Origin: Lepidodermella squamata
Lineage: Eukaryota; Animalia; Gastrotricha
Length of the DNA: 64,000 nucleotides
Assembly (NCBI GenBank): GCA_047495785.1
Contig: JBLDXI010000020.1
Location: 2,790,001 to 2,854,000, forward strand
Reading direction: 5' to 3'
The notes below the pieces were generated by a model that was not told where the DNA came from, did not search any database, and was given only the letters and a program-made list of their open reading frames with translations. A program made the translations under genes and the position numbers. Of the stretch, positions 32,515 through 46,813 are shown piece after piece (position 1 is the first letter of the stretch; every line of letters begins with the position of its first letter).

Positions 32515-35037
32515 TCAATTTTTCATAAATAAAATTGTCACGAGGAAGATCAGCAGGGTCCAATATACTTCGTACAGCAGTTTCGGAGCAAAAACAGACC
32601 AGACAAACAAATGATTGGCCTGCAGGGTAACACAAAATGCGCAAATAACGAAAACTACGCATTGATATGTCATGAAATGAAAGCGAGATGCATTTTTGAT
32701 AGATTTCATAGCTGCAAAATAAATGAATAATGGGCCGATAGAAGTTGCTAGGAAGACGAGGCAGCCCGATATCAGTTGGTGGTGTTCGGTTAGACCAGTA
32801 TAAGCAGCTCCCACGTCTACTGTGGCCAAACGGTTAGAGTTTTCAAGGGCTGAAAACGCCATTCGAGCCAACGATATCACAAATAAAGTCTTCAAATTTG
32901 TGAATTTTTCGAAAATTTCGTCAGATAAAATTGAATGTAAGGAACACGACAAAACCAGAAGAAGAAATAACGGGAAAATGATGTAGCACCTCAATAGCAA
33001 GCAACCAAGTTGGAAAAAGAAGAACAAAAATATCTCAACGGCTTTTTCCGATTTCAATTTCACAAGAATTATCGAAAATACGACGAACAATAATGCATAT
33101 GAATATTGAGCATAAGGAGTAGCTGCATATGCGTCGTTATCAGTGCTATCTGAGTTCCATTTCAAATCTCCGCGAATCGTTTTATACTTAATTATGAAGT
33201 AAAAATTTAGCAAAAATGCAAGAATAAATACGGGTTTCATCCCGAAATTCGACTTATTTCTCAGCTTGGCGAGAAAGAAAAGAACTGATGTTAGAGCAAT
33301 AGTTGTAAATAATAAGGTTTGCAGTTGAGCATCCGCCCTAAACATTTTTGCATAATCCAAATTATCATCAGCCCATTTAACGCCAGGGTAGAGAAAAGCT
33401 TTGCATAGTCGCACACAAACTGGAATAGCAATGAAATTGAACAAACTTTCCTCGTCGAATTTTTTCGATTCGTTCCATTGATGTTTTAACTTGAGATAAA
33501 TGAGCAAAAATGCAATCACCTGAGGGGCAATATACCAGAAAAAGTGCTCCTCTTCAACGAAACTTGATGATAATATGACAGCCGCGTTCAAAATTAACAG
33601 GGGCAAAAAGTCGACGGAAAATTCAAATATTTCTTTGGTATTCAACTTCACACTCAAAATCAAATAAATCGGTAACGTCATCGGCAATATTGATAACAGA
33701 GAAGCAAAGATGAGCCAGAAATTACCAGCTGATGTGAACAAAGCCAGGGCATTAACAGCGCCAATAACAATTGAGGATATCAACAGGTTTCCTAGAGAAT
33801 TGTGGAGCTGTAAATTTCCAGATGCACTCACTATCAGTAAAGGAGTGAAGCAGGCCAACAGCAAGACGACAACTCCCAGCAAGCTCAGTTGATTAACATT
33901 CGAATGTCTGCTGAGTAATATTTTCTGCAAGCGTCGCATTTCAACATAATTTCCCGACAAATCAGCTTCGTTGAACTCAGCATAAGGCCCACAATCTGAG
34001 CATAAATTGAGGAGATGCTCGAAATTTTCGCGCAAAATTTCTTTCCGCCGATTCGTATCCAGAAATTCGGAGACACTTTGTGGAAGCATTCCCAAGCTTT
34101 CAGAAGGAATCGAAATCCCTGTTAATAGAGCTATCAAAGTTGCAACGTCGACTTGACTAATTTCGGATAAATCTGACTTCTGAGTCGCGATAGAGGGTTC
34201 CTTGAATAAACTGGAAACGAGAAATACTGGAGTGTAAATTTCGTCGTCAGTTGAACCTCCGTGAGATCCTTCATTCGACATTCCGTGATCTCCCAAGACG
34301 ATAAGCAAGCTTTTTTCATTCATAGCAATGACGCTTTTGTGAATTTCTAGAAAGATGTTGTCCATTTCTCGCAATTTCGTGCAAACCAATTCGCCATCGG
34401 GGCCTCGGCTATGGCCAATATGATCGAGCCCGAGATAATGAAGAATCAAGACGTCCCAATCTGAGCTATTTAACTCTTTGCGCATTAAAGGCTCAGTCAC
34501 AGCGTTGTCCACTTCGGTGAAATCGACAGCGTAGAACGATGAGACGCCTTCGTGGCGGAGGAAAAATCGAGTCGGATAAAGCTTAAGCCATGTATCATCA
34601 CCGTAAAAGACCACCGACCGATTTGCTTGACTCCATTGCTTGAGTAAAGAACTCACGGAAACCTCAGATGACTGCATGTTGAAAATGACATCGGCGAACT
34701 CGGGCACTGTTCCAGTAGTGAGAGTTTTAATTCTAGGAGAGGTCACTGTTGGCGTGAACGTTCTCACATTTAGCACAATGCCAGGAAAGCTCCGGAGGTT
34801 AGTTAAACAATGAGAATGAGAGAAAATGAATGACGTCCGAAAGGCATCGAGGACGAAGAAAACGAGTCTATCAATCGCCTTCTCCTTCGCTCGCGGTTCA
34901 CTAAAGCCTTGTCTTGCCATGTCGGTCTTGCGTATCGATGATAAATGCGACGAGATGTTCAGAAAAATACCAACAAATGCGAAGATTTGAATAATGAACA
35001 CCAAAGCCAACAAGATGACCACGAGTGAAACTCGCAT
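32515..35037 (-). CDS. PIGG: GPI ethanolamine phosphate transferase 2, intronless
   Basis: Motifs VLDAFR, PTVTSPRIKTLTTG, FYGDDTWLKLYP, DFTEVDNAVT, LHYLGLDHIGH, GDHGM..GSHGGS, many TM helices and HLFVWSVFAPKLLYE. The start is probably MRVSLVV at 35037; an in-frame upstream ATG lies at 35127. Confidence 0.93.
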   Translation of the reverse strand: MRVSLVVILLALVFIIQIFAFVGIFLNISSHLSSIRKTDMARQGFSEPRAKEKAIDRLVFFVLDAFRTSFIFSHSHCLTNLRSFPGIVLNVRTFTPTVTSPRIKTLTTGTVPEFADVIFNMQSSEVSVSSLLKQWSQANRSVVFYGDDTWLKLYPTRFFLRHEGVSSFYAVDFTEVDNAVTEPLMRKELNSSDWDVLILHYLGLDHIGHSRGPDGELVCTKLREMDNIFLEIHKSVIAMNEKSLLIVLGDHGMSNEGSHGGSTDDEIYTPVFLVSSLFKEPSIATQKSDLSEISQVDVATLIALLTGISIPSESLGMLPQSVSEFLDTNRRKEILRENFEHLLNLCSDCGPYAEFNEADLSGNYVEMRRLQKILLSRHSNVNQLSLLGVVVLLLACFTPLLIVSASGNLQLHNSLGNLLISSIVIGAVNALALFTSAGNFWLIFASLLSILPMTLPIYLILSVKLNTKEIFEFSVDFLPLLILNAAVILSSSFVEEEHFFWYIAPQVIAFLLIYLKLKHQWNESKKFDEESLFNFIAIPVCVRLCKAFLYPGVKWADDNLDYAKMFRADAQLQTLLFTTIALTSVLFFLAKLRNKSNFGMKPVFILAFLLNFYFIIKYKTIRGDLKWNSDSTDNDAYAATPYAQYSYALLFVVFSIILVKLKSEKAVEIFLFFFFQLGCLLLRCYIIFPLFLLLVLSCSLHSILSDEIFEKFTNLKTLFVISLARMAFSALENSNRLATVDVGAAYTGLTEHHQLISGCLVFLATSIGPLFIYFAAMKSIKNASRFHFMTYQCVVFVICAFCVTLQANHLFVWSVFAPKLLYEVYWTLLIFLVTILFMKN

Positions 35038-36260
35038 TTTTATTTGAAGCGAAATTTCTAAAATAAGTAAAGAGATTTTAACAATAAATCTGGTAAACTG
35101 AGAAGCTAGGTTTTGGTTAGCATTCATGACAGTTTCCTACGATTCTATCAAGCATAAATAAGCTATAAATTCTAAATGCTCCTGGGATATTATTGGAGTG
35201 CCCGAATGGGAGACGGCTATACAAGCAAATACCGTTGTCAACACAGTTGAAACACGGTTCCTCTTACCAGTAGAGAGTGGCCATGACTTCTAAGCGTAAT
35301 TGTAAACGGTAGTTGTGGGTGTCAGAAGTCAGAATCTCGAAATAGAAAGTCGAATTACATCAGCCACAAGAAACGTGAGCTAAGGAGCGCCGAGAAACGA
35401 AAAGAGAAACTCAGTCGAAAGCAGTCTAAGGTAAAAGGTACGGAAAGATCAAAGAAAAAGACCGAAAGCGAAAGATTTGAAAAAAATTACCGCCATAAAA
35501 TTTACAAATAATACAAATAATTTTATTTTTAATGCAATATTAATTTTACAGCATTAGAAAATAATACCGATGAAAAAATGTAGCGCTAAAAATCGATATT
35601 TTGGATCGATTAAGTCAACCGGATTTTATGAACTTCCAGCGTATATATCGCTTCGTACTCATCGTCGCTGGTACATATTTTAGTTATAGAATATTTGTTG
35701 TTTTGGCAGCTCTCTCTCTTGGTTGTGTGGAATGGATTTTCCTGAAAACTGGAATGACTGTAAATCAAACAGATGAATAAAATTGGCTCCACTGGCTACG
35801 TGTATCTTTGAAATGCGCCCGATACACTTCGAAAATTGACAAACAATTCAATTATACTGTTTGAGTCTTTACTAATTTACCAACCAAAATAACAACAAGC
35901 TATATTTTTCTAATTGTATATATGTTTTTTATTGGCCTCTTGCCTCCTTATGCCACACTGGATCACCTGTTGAATCAAAAGCTCATTTAGTTCATGTCTC
36001 TCTACGCTAGTAACCGATCGCCGAGCTTATTTTAATCCTAAGTTTTAAAAGAATTAATTCAATGCTCGCCTTTACATTAATTCAGCGAAGATTATAGCTG
36101 TGTGTAATGTGTACTGATGATTCCGTGTTTCGAGCATTCAAGGCAGTGTCTTCCGGTTTAGCTCGTTATTTCTTGATGTTTGAAAAGCCTGATTGCTGAT
36201 AAATTGTTTTCATTCTAGATCTTAGAAATGAATTTAGGCTTTAGATAGGGCGTTCAGTAC

Positions 36261-39200
36261 ATGAGCAGTCCTTTATTTGGATTGGATTTGAGCTATTTAA
36301 CTACTGATGAACGTCGAGTTATTGATGATGTTTTACGAAGACAACGCGAGGAAGAAGAGCGGAACACATTAATTCTCAGGTAAGATAAACGAAAAACCAA
36401 GTGGCATTTTTATTTACATGAATGCGAACACCCCAAGGCCCTCAATAGCATATGTATTTACTGTTAAATAAAAATAAACGCTAATAAATATTCCCTAGGG
36501 TTGGCTTTCACTAACAATGTAGTCATTAGTTAAATACTAATCAAGATTAGCTTTTTACATATGGTCAAGTTTACTTTGATATGTAATGCACAGTGAGCTC
36601 ATTGATTACTTTAGCTAAGAGTTATTCGATTTTCTCCTCGTTTATGGAACCATTTATTTCTCCCATTTTTAGAGGTCTGCAAGAGGACTACGAGCGGATA
36701 GCTACAGCTGTCCGTCATCGATTAGTCTCCGAGACAGAGCCTGAGCCACTGCAAGCTGAACTTCAACCCGGATCCATCACACATGTTAGCGGTGTGGGCC
36801 TCTCCGCGGTTGAAAATGCATCCATGTGCCAGATTTGCCGGACCCACATACCAGACATTCCGATTGAGGGCATTCGATTAGCGCATTGTCATTACTGTGG
36901 TCTCAAAGTCTGTTATCGATGCGGAACAACATTAACCTATAAGGCAAAGGTGAGGTTCAATACTTGAAATTGATATTTTATTTACGTACTACACCTTATC
37001 AACCTCATTCTATTAGAGCAGTGTCTCACAATAGCAATAGAAATGTTTATTTTCGAAGTACCTTTTGATTACTATTTCGATGATCACAACTTTACAGTTT
37101 CACAAAGCTAAACATGGCACAACAGTTGTAAGTTTGAGTTGATTTACTCGAACTGCCGAATGATTTTTTCACAGACCGCTAATAGTATCAATTTACCTTA
37201 TCCGATAAATGCCGCTAGAAAAATTTGTTCCTTATTTTTTGACTCAATTTTATTTGTTCCACTTGTCCTGTTTTGCACTGAATTTGCGGGAAATGTGACG
37301 CTTTTAGGAGTGCCCTGATTTATTTCCTCCTGTTAAATGTTTAGACTGTGTGGACGTGTGCTGTTTGCAAGAAACGGCATGAATTGCTCGTCAAAACCGG
37401 CCAGTGGGCTTCCACGGCCAGTGAATTTGAAGCTGGATTTAATGCTGCTGCCACACGCCGTGCTCACGCGCGATCTCGCTCGCAAGAACCAAGACCTCTC
37501 GTTATCACCACACCGCAGCACGTATCACGGGCTGTCCGTGGCCAAATCGTTCCTCTTCCTGGCCAGCCTCTTGATTTGCGTCGGCACATATCTTCCAGCT
37601 CGGCGCATATCGATTCATGTGTCGACGAGCCTGCTAATTCTGGATGGCCATCTGATGTCACGCAGCAGTCTAGCTATTCCCAAACGTCTCAATACAATTT
37701 CTCGAATATGTAAGGCAATAAAAGTTGTCGCAATACACTTTTTATTGGCAAATGATCTATTTCTAGGACGAATTCGGTCCCCCGAGATACAGCTTCATTA
37801 TGGCAAAACTCTCCTTCTGACGCTGAGCAGCGCCGACCAAACTCAACACTAGCTTTCAATTACTCAACTGCTGGATTTCATAAAAGTATCTTGCGGTAAA
37901 AGTTAATTAACGTGACCTAATATTTATTTGTCTCTAGGTAACGCTGCTGATAGAATGTCGTCGACCCTCCCACGCCAGCAAGGATCGATGAGAGCTGCAC
38001 AGTCGTTGCCGCGCCTTTCTTGCTTGCCACAGTCGCTAACCAACCATCGTATCGTGGAATCAACAGCCGGTCCTGCCCAAATGCCGCACAATTGCTCAGA
38101 AGCCGCGTTTGGTACCAGTAGTAACATGGTTTCACAACTGACCCGCGACGTCACAAGTTGCAGCATCAATAACCCAAGCCCAGCGACCGTTATGATCGCA
38201 AACGGCCGCACTGGGTCTACTCAATCTCTCGCTCACAACATACCTAACTCTACCCCGGTTTTCAGCGTAGGCCGATCAGCCTTGAGACGTGCTAAATTAG
38301 CAGCGATGGGGCATCAAGATTCGCTGAGTTCTGACCCTTCGAGTGACTACGGCGGTGGGATGCCGCATTCTTCATCCTCGATTTCTTACATCAATGCCAG
38401 CCCGAATATGGCCTCGCTGTCACGCGCTCATGCTCACAATTCGAGGAGTAGCCTGAACAGCCGGCGAAATTACTTCTCCCACTTCCCTCAAACTTCAGTA
38501 TCGAGCTCAGAGGACGACATGCGGTCCACCCCGGATTACATGACCGAGTCTGATATCGAATTTGAAGTTGAGAGCGGTAGTGTTAGCGAACGCGGTGATA
38601 TCGATTCTTATCGCTCTGGAGCTGAGTCTGGCGGCGAAGGCTGGCGGCCGAGGAACCTGGTCCCGCCCGCGAATGGTGCAATTCCTCTAGGTGCAATAAC
38701 CGGTTCTGGGGTCGTTGATCCACTTACGGCCGGGAGTTTTCCGCAGAATAGTTCTCAGGCGGCTGTTAGAGGCTCGCCTAGCCACGGCGCAAGTTCTTTC
38801 AGGCCGAAACTCGTTCGATTTCAACGCGGCAGTTCGGTCGACTGCACGGTGGTACCCGGTACGCGAGATTCCGGTCTCGAAACTGCGTCTAGTACGCAAA
38901 CGCTGAATGAAGATGGCTCAAAGGTAAAATTAAGGAAGATTTTTTTCAAATTTTCTCATTTTTTTCATTTTTTTTTTAGTTTCGAATGGACTGGCAACGA
39001 AGCACGGACGGGACGAAATTGATTGGGAAATTCAGTATTCTTCGTAATAACCGAGGCGAATCGTCTAGCCGTATTCTAGGTCAGTATTTGCTCTTCGATT
39101 TCGTGACTAGCTCGACTAGTCCCGTGGGTTTTTCGCTGCGTCTTATCATCGCCGAATCGGCCGCGTGATTAATTCGTGAATCAGTAAAGGATGTAAGGGA

Positions 39201-42200
39201 GAGGCGTGTTGTTTACTCACTGTTGCTTGTGTCATTGACACCGGAAAGCGACGCACTCGCCCGATTTTTTCGATGCTGTGTTGCTCCAATCCGGCGCTTA
39301 TCACAGTAAGCCTCTCGAGGGAAATTGCGTATTCGCAAGTTATAACAACTGCGCGTTGCTTTTTGTCGCGCTCTTATTATTGCTGCTATTTGTTTTGCGA
39401 AGCGTGTTGCCCGGTTGTAAAATATATCAATCATTGGACTTCGCTCCTTTTTTTATCGCGCGCGCGCGCACTGGAAGCGACTATAATGCGGTGTATAATA
39501 GTCGCGCTTTCCGCTTCTCCCTGCGCGTTCGCCCATTTTTGCCGCGCTTTTTATACACACAGATTGTATTTATGGGTGCCTATTGTATACGTGCGATATA
39601 TTCCACATGATCCATCCGCCTGTCGCTATCTTTCCACTACTACAACGATGACTAATATAACAATTTATTCCACACATGTGCTTGCGTGATGATGAATAAA
39701 TTCGCGGCGCGGTGCCTGGACGGAAATCAATCAAAACATTTGCTGTGTGGGGCGCAGCTTGTTAGCTAGCACTAGTCATATATTACGTAAATAGAACTAT
39801 ACGCTCAGCGAAATTCGCCTAGCGTATTTTTTAATATTAATATTTCTTGTAAATATATCGATTTATCATAGTACTATTTTTGTCCCCCTATCCGCTTCGC
39901 GCTTCCTCCTCATCGCGTAGAAAAACGCGTATATAATAATAGGCTTGCCGCTTGAATTGATTGCCCGCCTGTTTGCTGTATAGAATATTCGAGTTTTTTA
40001 TCACGGTCTCACCGCGTGCACACACACACACATATTCGCATACAACATCGTGTAAAAATCGAAATACTATGGCTGAGGAGTATTGAGGAGTAGAAATGCA
40101 TAGCCTCGAGTGGCAAATTTACGGTCATTTATTATCACAATAATAGTGATGATAACGCGCAACGCGAAGCATCAAAAACCAGGCACCTCGATTTTACTAC
40201 TAGTGTACATGCATGCATACAGGACATGCGTATTATTGTTATTATATCGATCAGAGTGTCGCGCGGGTGCGGGTGCGGGTGCGCGATGCGTGACAAAACG
40301 AGAGGTGGCGGCTATACGAGAAGACGGAAAAAAAATCGAAGGCGATGCAAAAAATTGCAAGGGCCTGAAGAAAAAACGCTTAGGCAAACAACTAATGACA
40401 CGCTTCCTGTTGCATTTAATTGGCCTAATTGATGATGATGATGATGATGACGTCAGTGCTCGTGTTTAATGTTTACCTTTTCGGCGCCGGGATTAATAAA
40501 TGTTTTATTTTTAGGCCTCAAGGTTGTCGGAGGACGGCTTGCTGATAACGGCCAGCTCGGTGCGCTCATCACAAGAGTCAAGGTAAATATAATCTGATAG
40601 AATAATTGATGATTGAAAATGAAAATGAGGGCAAATCCTCTTCAAGAAAAAAATGGAACTAGAACAAAATAGCATAAAAATAAACATTTCCAACTGAAAA
40701 ATTCGTCGTGGAAAAGAAAAATCTGAAAACGTTTACCCTCTTTTTATAATGGAAGATGTAAGACAAAAATGCTGCGCTTACCCATCAACCCGAAAAGTTA
40801 TCCAATTGTTGAGATCCTGTCGTTAGACTGGTTCCAATTATCAAGTTCCAAGTTGGAACCGGGTTTCCTAAATAGCCCACCTTAAAAGCGAAGGAAAATT
40901 TATCAAACATACGGCTTTCGTAAAATTATAACATCTTACGGTGGCACCAAATTTTACAAATTACCGCCAATTTTTGAATTTTTTCAATGTGATTAAGCTG
41001 GATAAGTCCTGATGAGGCTTAAGTTGTAGAATTGTATCGTAATTTATGTAAATTTTTTATCATTATTCATTGAGCCCTCAATAATTTTTACAATTGAATA
41101 TTAGAATTGGTTTCTGTTACCTGGCAATTTAGGTTCCGCTATTAATAAGGACAGTATAAATTTGACTAAGCTTACGTTAAATTTGAAAAATTGACTCTTT
41201 AGTGCTAAAAACAGTTCGAATGAAGGGATTTTTTTCCTTCTGTTTGAAATTGATGAAGAAATGTTGTTTGGAAATGCTTGGATTGGGCAGCATCCCTCCT
41301 TTCTTGTAAGGTTTTTCTAGGTAAAAGTCGAAATTATATGCTCTATATATGCCAAAGATCCATTTTTGCATACTTTTTCTGATCAGTTATTTTAATTTCA
41401 CAATTTTTCTTCTAGCGTGGTAGCGTAGCCGATACGGTTGGCCGGTTACGACCCGGTGATGAAGTGGTCGAGTGGAACGGCGTGCGGCTGCAGGGCCTCT
41501 CCTTCGAGCAAGTCTACGAAGTTATCGGCTCAACGCGCGACTCTCGCCGCCTCGATATGGTCGTTCACAGGAGTTTACTCGGCCGCGTATCCGACGAGCC
41601 TGAACGCCAGACCGGCCCGCTCGGGCGTAGCCTGGCCCTAGGCAACCGGCGCCACTCGGTCGCTTTCAACCCGTCCACCTCAATGATGCAACAATTATGC
41701 GCGCAATTTTCACAGCCCGAAACAGATTTAGACGCAGGTCGTCTACAGCTGAAATTGTGGCTTGATACCGTTCGATCGGAACTGGCGGTTACGGTAGTTT
41801 CCGCACGCGATTTGTTACCGATCGGTATTTCTTCCATGACAACCGAACCGCCGCCGCATGCATTTTGCGTGATCACCCTAATTCCGACTGAAACTGCCTC
41901 GGATTTGAGCTCGAACAATACGTCGGCGAATTCAACGCCGTCGAAGGGCGCGCCAAGTCGAAGGTGGACGAATCGGCACCCGGCGTCGTGGGAGCCTCGG
42001 TGGGACCAACTCTTCACGTTATGGCCGGTTTCATCACCGTCGAGTATGGCGATGGACGCCGCGGTCTACGACGCGCAGCCGCCGGATGGGTGCTGCGAGT
42101 CGGAGAGCTCATTCGCCCGCTGCATTGGTTGTGTCACCCTGGTGCTGAACGAAGTCCCGTTGAACAACGAGCCGTACTGGTACCGGCTCACACGGCCTGA

Positions 42201-45200
42201 ACCTGGGTCCAGGTCAGGCCCGGGCATCATCCCACCCCTCATGGCCGCTCCTCCCTCGATGACTGAATCATCGAGTAACGTCGCGATGGCTCGTTCGATC
42301 GCGCAACAGCAGCAGCAGAAATCGGTGAAGAAATCACCGGCGTCGATACCCGTTGTCCAGCCGCAGGCCTGGTCGGTTCAGGACCAGCAGAACAGCTCGT
42401 GGCAACCGCAACCGCAAGCGCTTCCTAGCCAGAGTCAGAATCAAACTTTACCTGCCACTTCAGTCGCTTCCCAGCCGCAATTTTACCAACAACAGATCGA
42501 TACGAATCAGCAAATTTCGATGCCTAATCAAAATATGAATTCGCAATTCCAGCAGAATTGGGATTCAAATTCAGCGATGCAACAGCAACAGCAACAGCAG
42601 CCGCAATATGGCGAGGCCGTAGCGGCTAGTGTTCAAATTCATAACCAGCCGCCTCAATTTTCTGATGCGATGCAACAACAACAACAACAACAGCAGCAAT
42701 TTAATCAAATGCCAATGATGGGTACAACTGGGTCTTCTTACGTGCCTCAACAGCCTCAAATGACCTCGTTTGATCCGAATCAAATGTCTAACCAATTCAT
42801 GCCCATGAACCCTGCTCCGCCTATGATGGGGCAAGGTCAAATGCCATTCGATAGTTCAAACATGACGATGCAAGGTCAAATGCCTTATTCAAACCAAATT
42901 TCTGGGCCTGACCAAATGTCCCAGAACTTGGGTCAAATGACCCAGAATTTAGGTCAAATGCCAATGATGACCCAAGTTTCATCGTCGAATATGATGCAGA
43001 ATCAAATGCAACCGATGAACTCGATTGCGACCCCGGTTTCTGGGTCGACCATGTTACCGGGTCAAATTTCGACAATGACGTCTAATATGCTACCCGTTCA
43101 AGGGTCGAATATGTTTCAGAGCCAGATGCCATTGATGACTCCGAACATGTTACCTGAACAGATGCCGGCCGTTACCCCGTTACCCGGGTTTATGCCGGCG
43201 AGTACTGTACCAGGTCAAATGACCCCGTTTTCCGGCTCTTCTGTGGTATCGGAACCAATGCCAACAATGACACCGGCTCCTATCGCGACACCAATACCGC
43301 CGGTAACCCCAGCGCCTGTTACACCAGTCGTAATGCAGCAACCAGTGGAAATACCGAAACCGAAACCAGTTCCACCCCCGATTTCGACCACCCCGGGCCC
43401 AACTGGTATAATGAAGACCACGGAAGCTCCAGCGCCGGGTTCGCCAGTTACCAAATCGATTCACGCCACTGATAGCGAGGTGGATTTCGGCAGCGAAGAG
43501 GGTCGACTCTATCGAAAACACAGTCAAAGCGGCATTTCAGCCGCATCAGCCTCCAGCTCGTTATCCCGCCGCGTCGCTCGCCATCGCTCTGACATTAACT
43601 CCGGCCTAACCGGGTCGACGGGCAGCCTGGCGCCTGAAGAGCAACAACAACCCGTGCCTGAAATGACTCGATCAGCTATTGCTAGCTCATCAACCACCCC
43701 AACCCCGCTTCAACTCAACCAGCCAATGTCGACGAGTTTGACGAACATCCCGCCCGTCACGCCACCGCCTCATTCGGCGACAAGCGAGGACAAATCGAAG
43801 CGACACGTCCGTCTCGCCCCGGAGGTGTCATTCATAGTTGGCAACGACGTGCCGCCAATTTCGATCCCGCTCGCCTCAGAATCGGCGAATTCTCTTGCGT
43901 CTCTAGCGAAAGACCCGCCCGAACCGGAGAAGCCAACGCCGACCCAACGGCGGTCGTCAATTGCCGGGGCTGCGTCGATGCCGTCGATGTCTCGAACATC
44001 GTCGGTTGTAGAATCGGTGGCTAGTGACGCGGAATCGGCAATTTCTGCCGCGGATACTAGCGATGCGGGCGAGAGTACTACGGGCCGACCGCCTAGGTTG
44101 AAGTCTCAAACGAGTCTCAGCGAATCTGAAGCAGCTGGCGGGTATTCAAGCGGCGGCGAGCACGGCCAATCGGGCGGCGAATCGACCGATGGCACGGTTT
44201 TGGCCGCGAAGCTACAAAAGAAATCGCTATGGGGAACAGCCGCGAAAAAGTCGCTCAATAAATTGACCGGGAAGTCAGCTTTCCCCAACGTAGTCGGTAC
44301 GTTGCCCTATAACCAGTTTTTCAGCCTTAATATTTTTCGTATTTTTCTACCCATTAATTTGACTTGATTGAACTATTTATGCTGGAAATTAATATATTGT
44401 GTTCGGTTGTGTTGAAAAATTCGATTTATTAGCTACCACGACAGGTTACGCCGGCGGACGTAAGAGTAATGCTATTTTACATCTATATCATTTTTTATTA
44501 ATTAATTACTTCGATATTTATTGACAAATCATCTGTGTTATCAAACTGTTGTCCTTCAGTATCTTATTATTATTACTACTATTATTCCACCTGTTAATTT
44601 TTGAGTTTTTCAACGGCGGAAAAAAAAATCGTGTTTTTATGGGGTCATGTCAGTGTGACTGTTTGCAACCCGACCAAAACCACTGCTGCATCGACGTTGC
44701 TGAACCCACTTTTTTCGAATCGTTCATTTGCAAATGTATAACCGCTACATCGAAAGTCACAGAGAGAAAATCGATCTATTGCGAAACCTTTTATTTCTAT
44801 TATTATTATTATTGAGTGTCGTCCCCCGAGTCGCGTTTTCGACTCTATTATATGGACTTACCTGTAATTCGTCCGATGAAAATTTCGGAATAATTTGACC
44901 TATAAATGGGACGGCGTGAAACTAGACCACATTGCCCTCTTTGTTGCACGTGTGAACACCCTGCGCGCGTTTTAAGGTGAATGGATGGCAATGGGTCTAA
45001 TTTCTTGTTGGGCCTTGATTAGACACATAGGCATGATATAGAGTTGTTAAAGTAATAATTTTCCAAATTGCCTCTAAATTCTAGATTGTAGATAGAAAAA
45101 TTTCTACGAGTATAAAAATTAGTGTTGAAAAATTATTTTAGATTTCTACCTTAATATATTTAGCTAGCCTTTCTTATTTTTCTTGTTACTATTTCAGGCA

Positions 45201-46813
45201 AGGGCATATTCTCACTTACAAAAAGTTGGTTCTTGCTACAAGTTGTTGGCTTTGGATATTAACAAAAATGCAGTAGCTATCACGCCTTAATTCTCACGCG
45301 CTATACGTTAACTTTGATTTTTCCTGAAAGCAAAAATCATAAAAATAATACTAACAAATTTTTATTCATTTCCACGTCAATGTTGTCTTTGTCCAACTTT
45401 TGTCTCGTGCATCAAATTCAATATAAATTTGTTACTTGCAATGCGAATCAAAATCACGACGCGATATTATAATATGAAATGCGCTTATTTTACTAACCAT
45501 TAGTTGACCTGTAAAAAAAATGCAAAAATTATGGGTTCAATCCACGATTATTATAATCAAGGAATGTTGCTATCCAATTTTTCACATTGCTATGTGCTTA
45601 TACAAGTTATCCGTTTTTATCGAAATTCGCTTGCTAAATGTTTTTTAAATATTGTCCAAACTATCATTGCTTTGTTGAGCTGGTCGATGTTTTCTCGATC
45701 AGCAAGTGAATATATCTGCATTTTACAACAAAAAACACAGCACGATTCTGCATCAAGTCTTAAATATTTTTTCGGAATTTTTTCGCAAGGCTTCAGTTTC
45801 AAACACTTGTAAAATTTTTACAATTATGACATTGCGCGATCACAACAGCAAAATCGACATGCTTTTTTACTCATGCTTTTTGTTTCCTGCGATGACCAAT
45901 ATTTGTATTATTTACGGTTAAGATTCGAAACTAATTTTTCGATTTTCTGATGAAAATATAGATTCAGTCATTGCTGCAAATTTGGGTCCAAACAAGCAGC
46001 AGAAGAAGAAAACTGGCATCAACCGATGTGGCGATGAAGTCGTCATGCAGCCGTCATCTGGAGGGTAAAAAATATATAATTTGAATTTTTTTATTTAAAT
46101 TGAAAATTTTCAAAATTAAATTAAATTAAATTTGAAAAAATGAAATTTGATTGACATTTTTCAAAATTTCAGTGGATTTGACATGTCCGCTGGCTTTTTC
46201 GATGGCGATCTCGGCCCTGGGCAAGTCGTTGGCCGGCAAATGCTCGGCGCTACAGCGATTGGGGAGCTGGAAATTGGCCTGCGTGAAGATAACGGCGGCC
46301 ATCTCTCCGTCACGCTAGTCGCCGCGCGTGATTTGATTTTCAAGAACAAAACCGCACCAGGTACGTATTTTCTTATATAAAATGTCCTTAATGATATGTC
46401 TGATGTCTGTGAAAAATCGATTCTTCTTAAAATAATCCTAGTTTTTTTGTCGCGAAATTTGATTTTTTTGTCTGTATTAAATAGCGATTTATGCGAAAGC
46501 GGCTCTCGTTGTGGGGCAGGCGACGCAAGAGCGGCAGAAATCAGTGCCGCAGCAGGTGCGTGACTGCGACCCGCAGCTCGGCATTGAATTTCCGTTCCAG
46601 CAAACGCCGTTCCGAGACAAGATGCTGCAAATCTCGCTGTGGGCGGTCTACGGCAAAATGTCGGGCCGCCATTGCCTGGGCGCCGTAGCGATAAAACTCG
46701 AAGAAATCAACCGCTTCCCGCTGCGAGCAACTTACAAGCTGTACGACCCGTCAGCCGTCGGCGGATTTGTCGCCTCGATCGCAACCGAAGGCCCAGCAGT
46801 CGCTCTTATGTAG
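36261..46813 (+). CDS. RIM/unc-10 family presynaptic active-zone scaffold (Rab-binding helix, Zn finger, PDZ, C2A, C2B), about 12 exons
   Basis: LDLSYLTTDERRVIDDVLRRQ; CQIC..CHYC..CYRCG|VWTCAVCKKRHELLVKTGQW; PDZ GLKVVGG..GALITRVK|RGSVADTVGRLRPGDEVVEWNG; C2A GRLQLKLW; C2B LGPGQVVGRQML. Could be a RIM paralog such as Fife. Confidence 0.88.
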
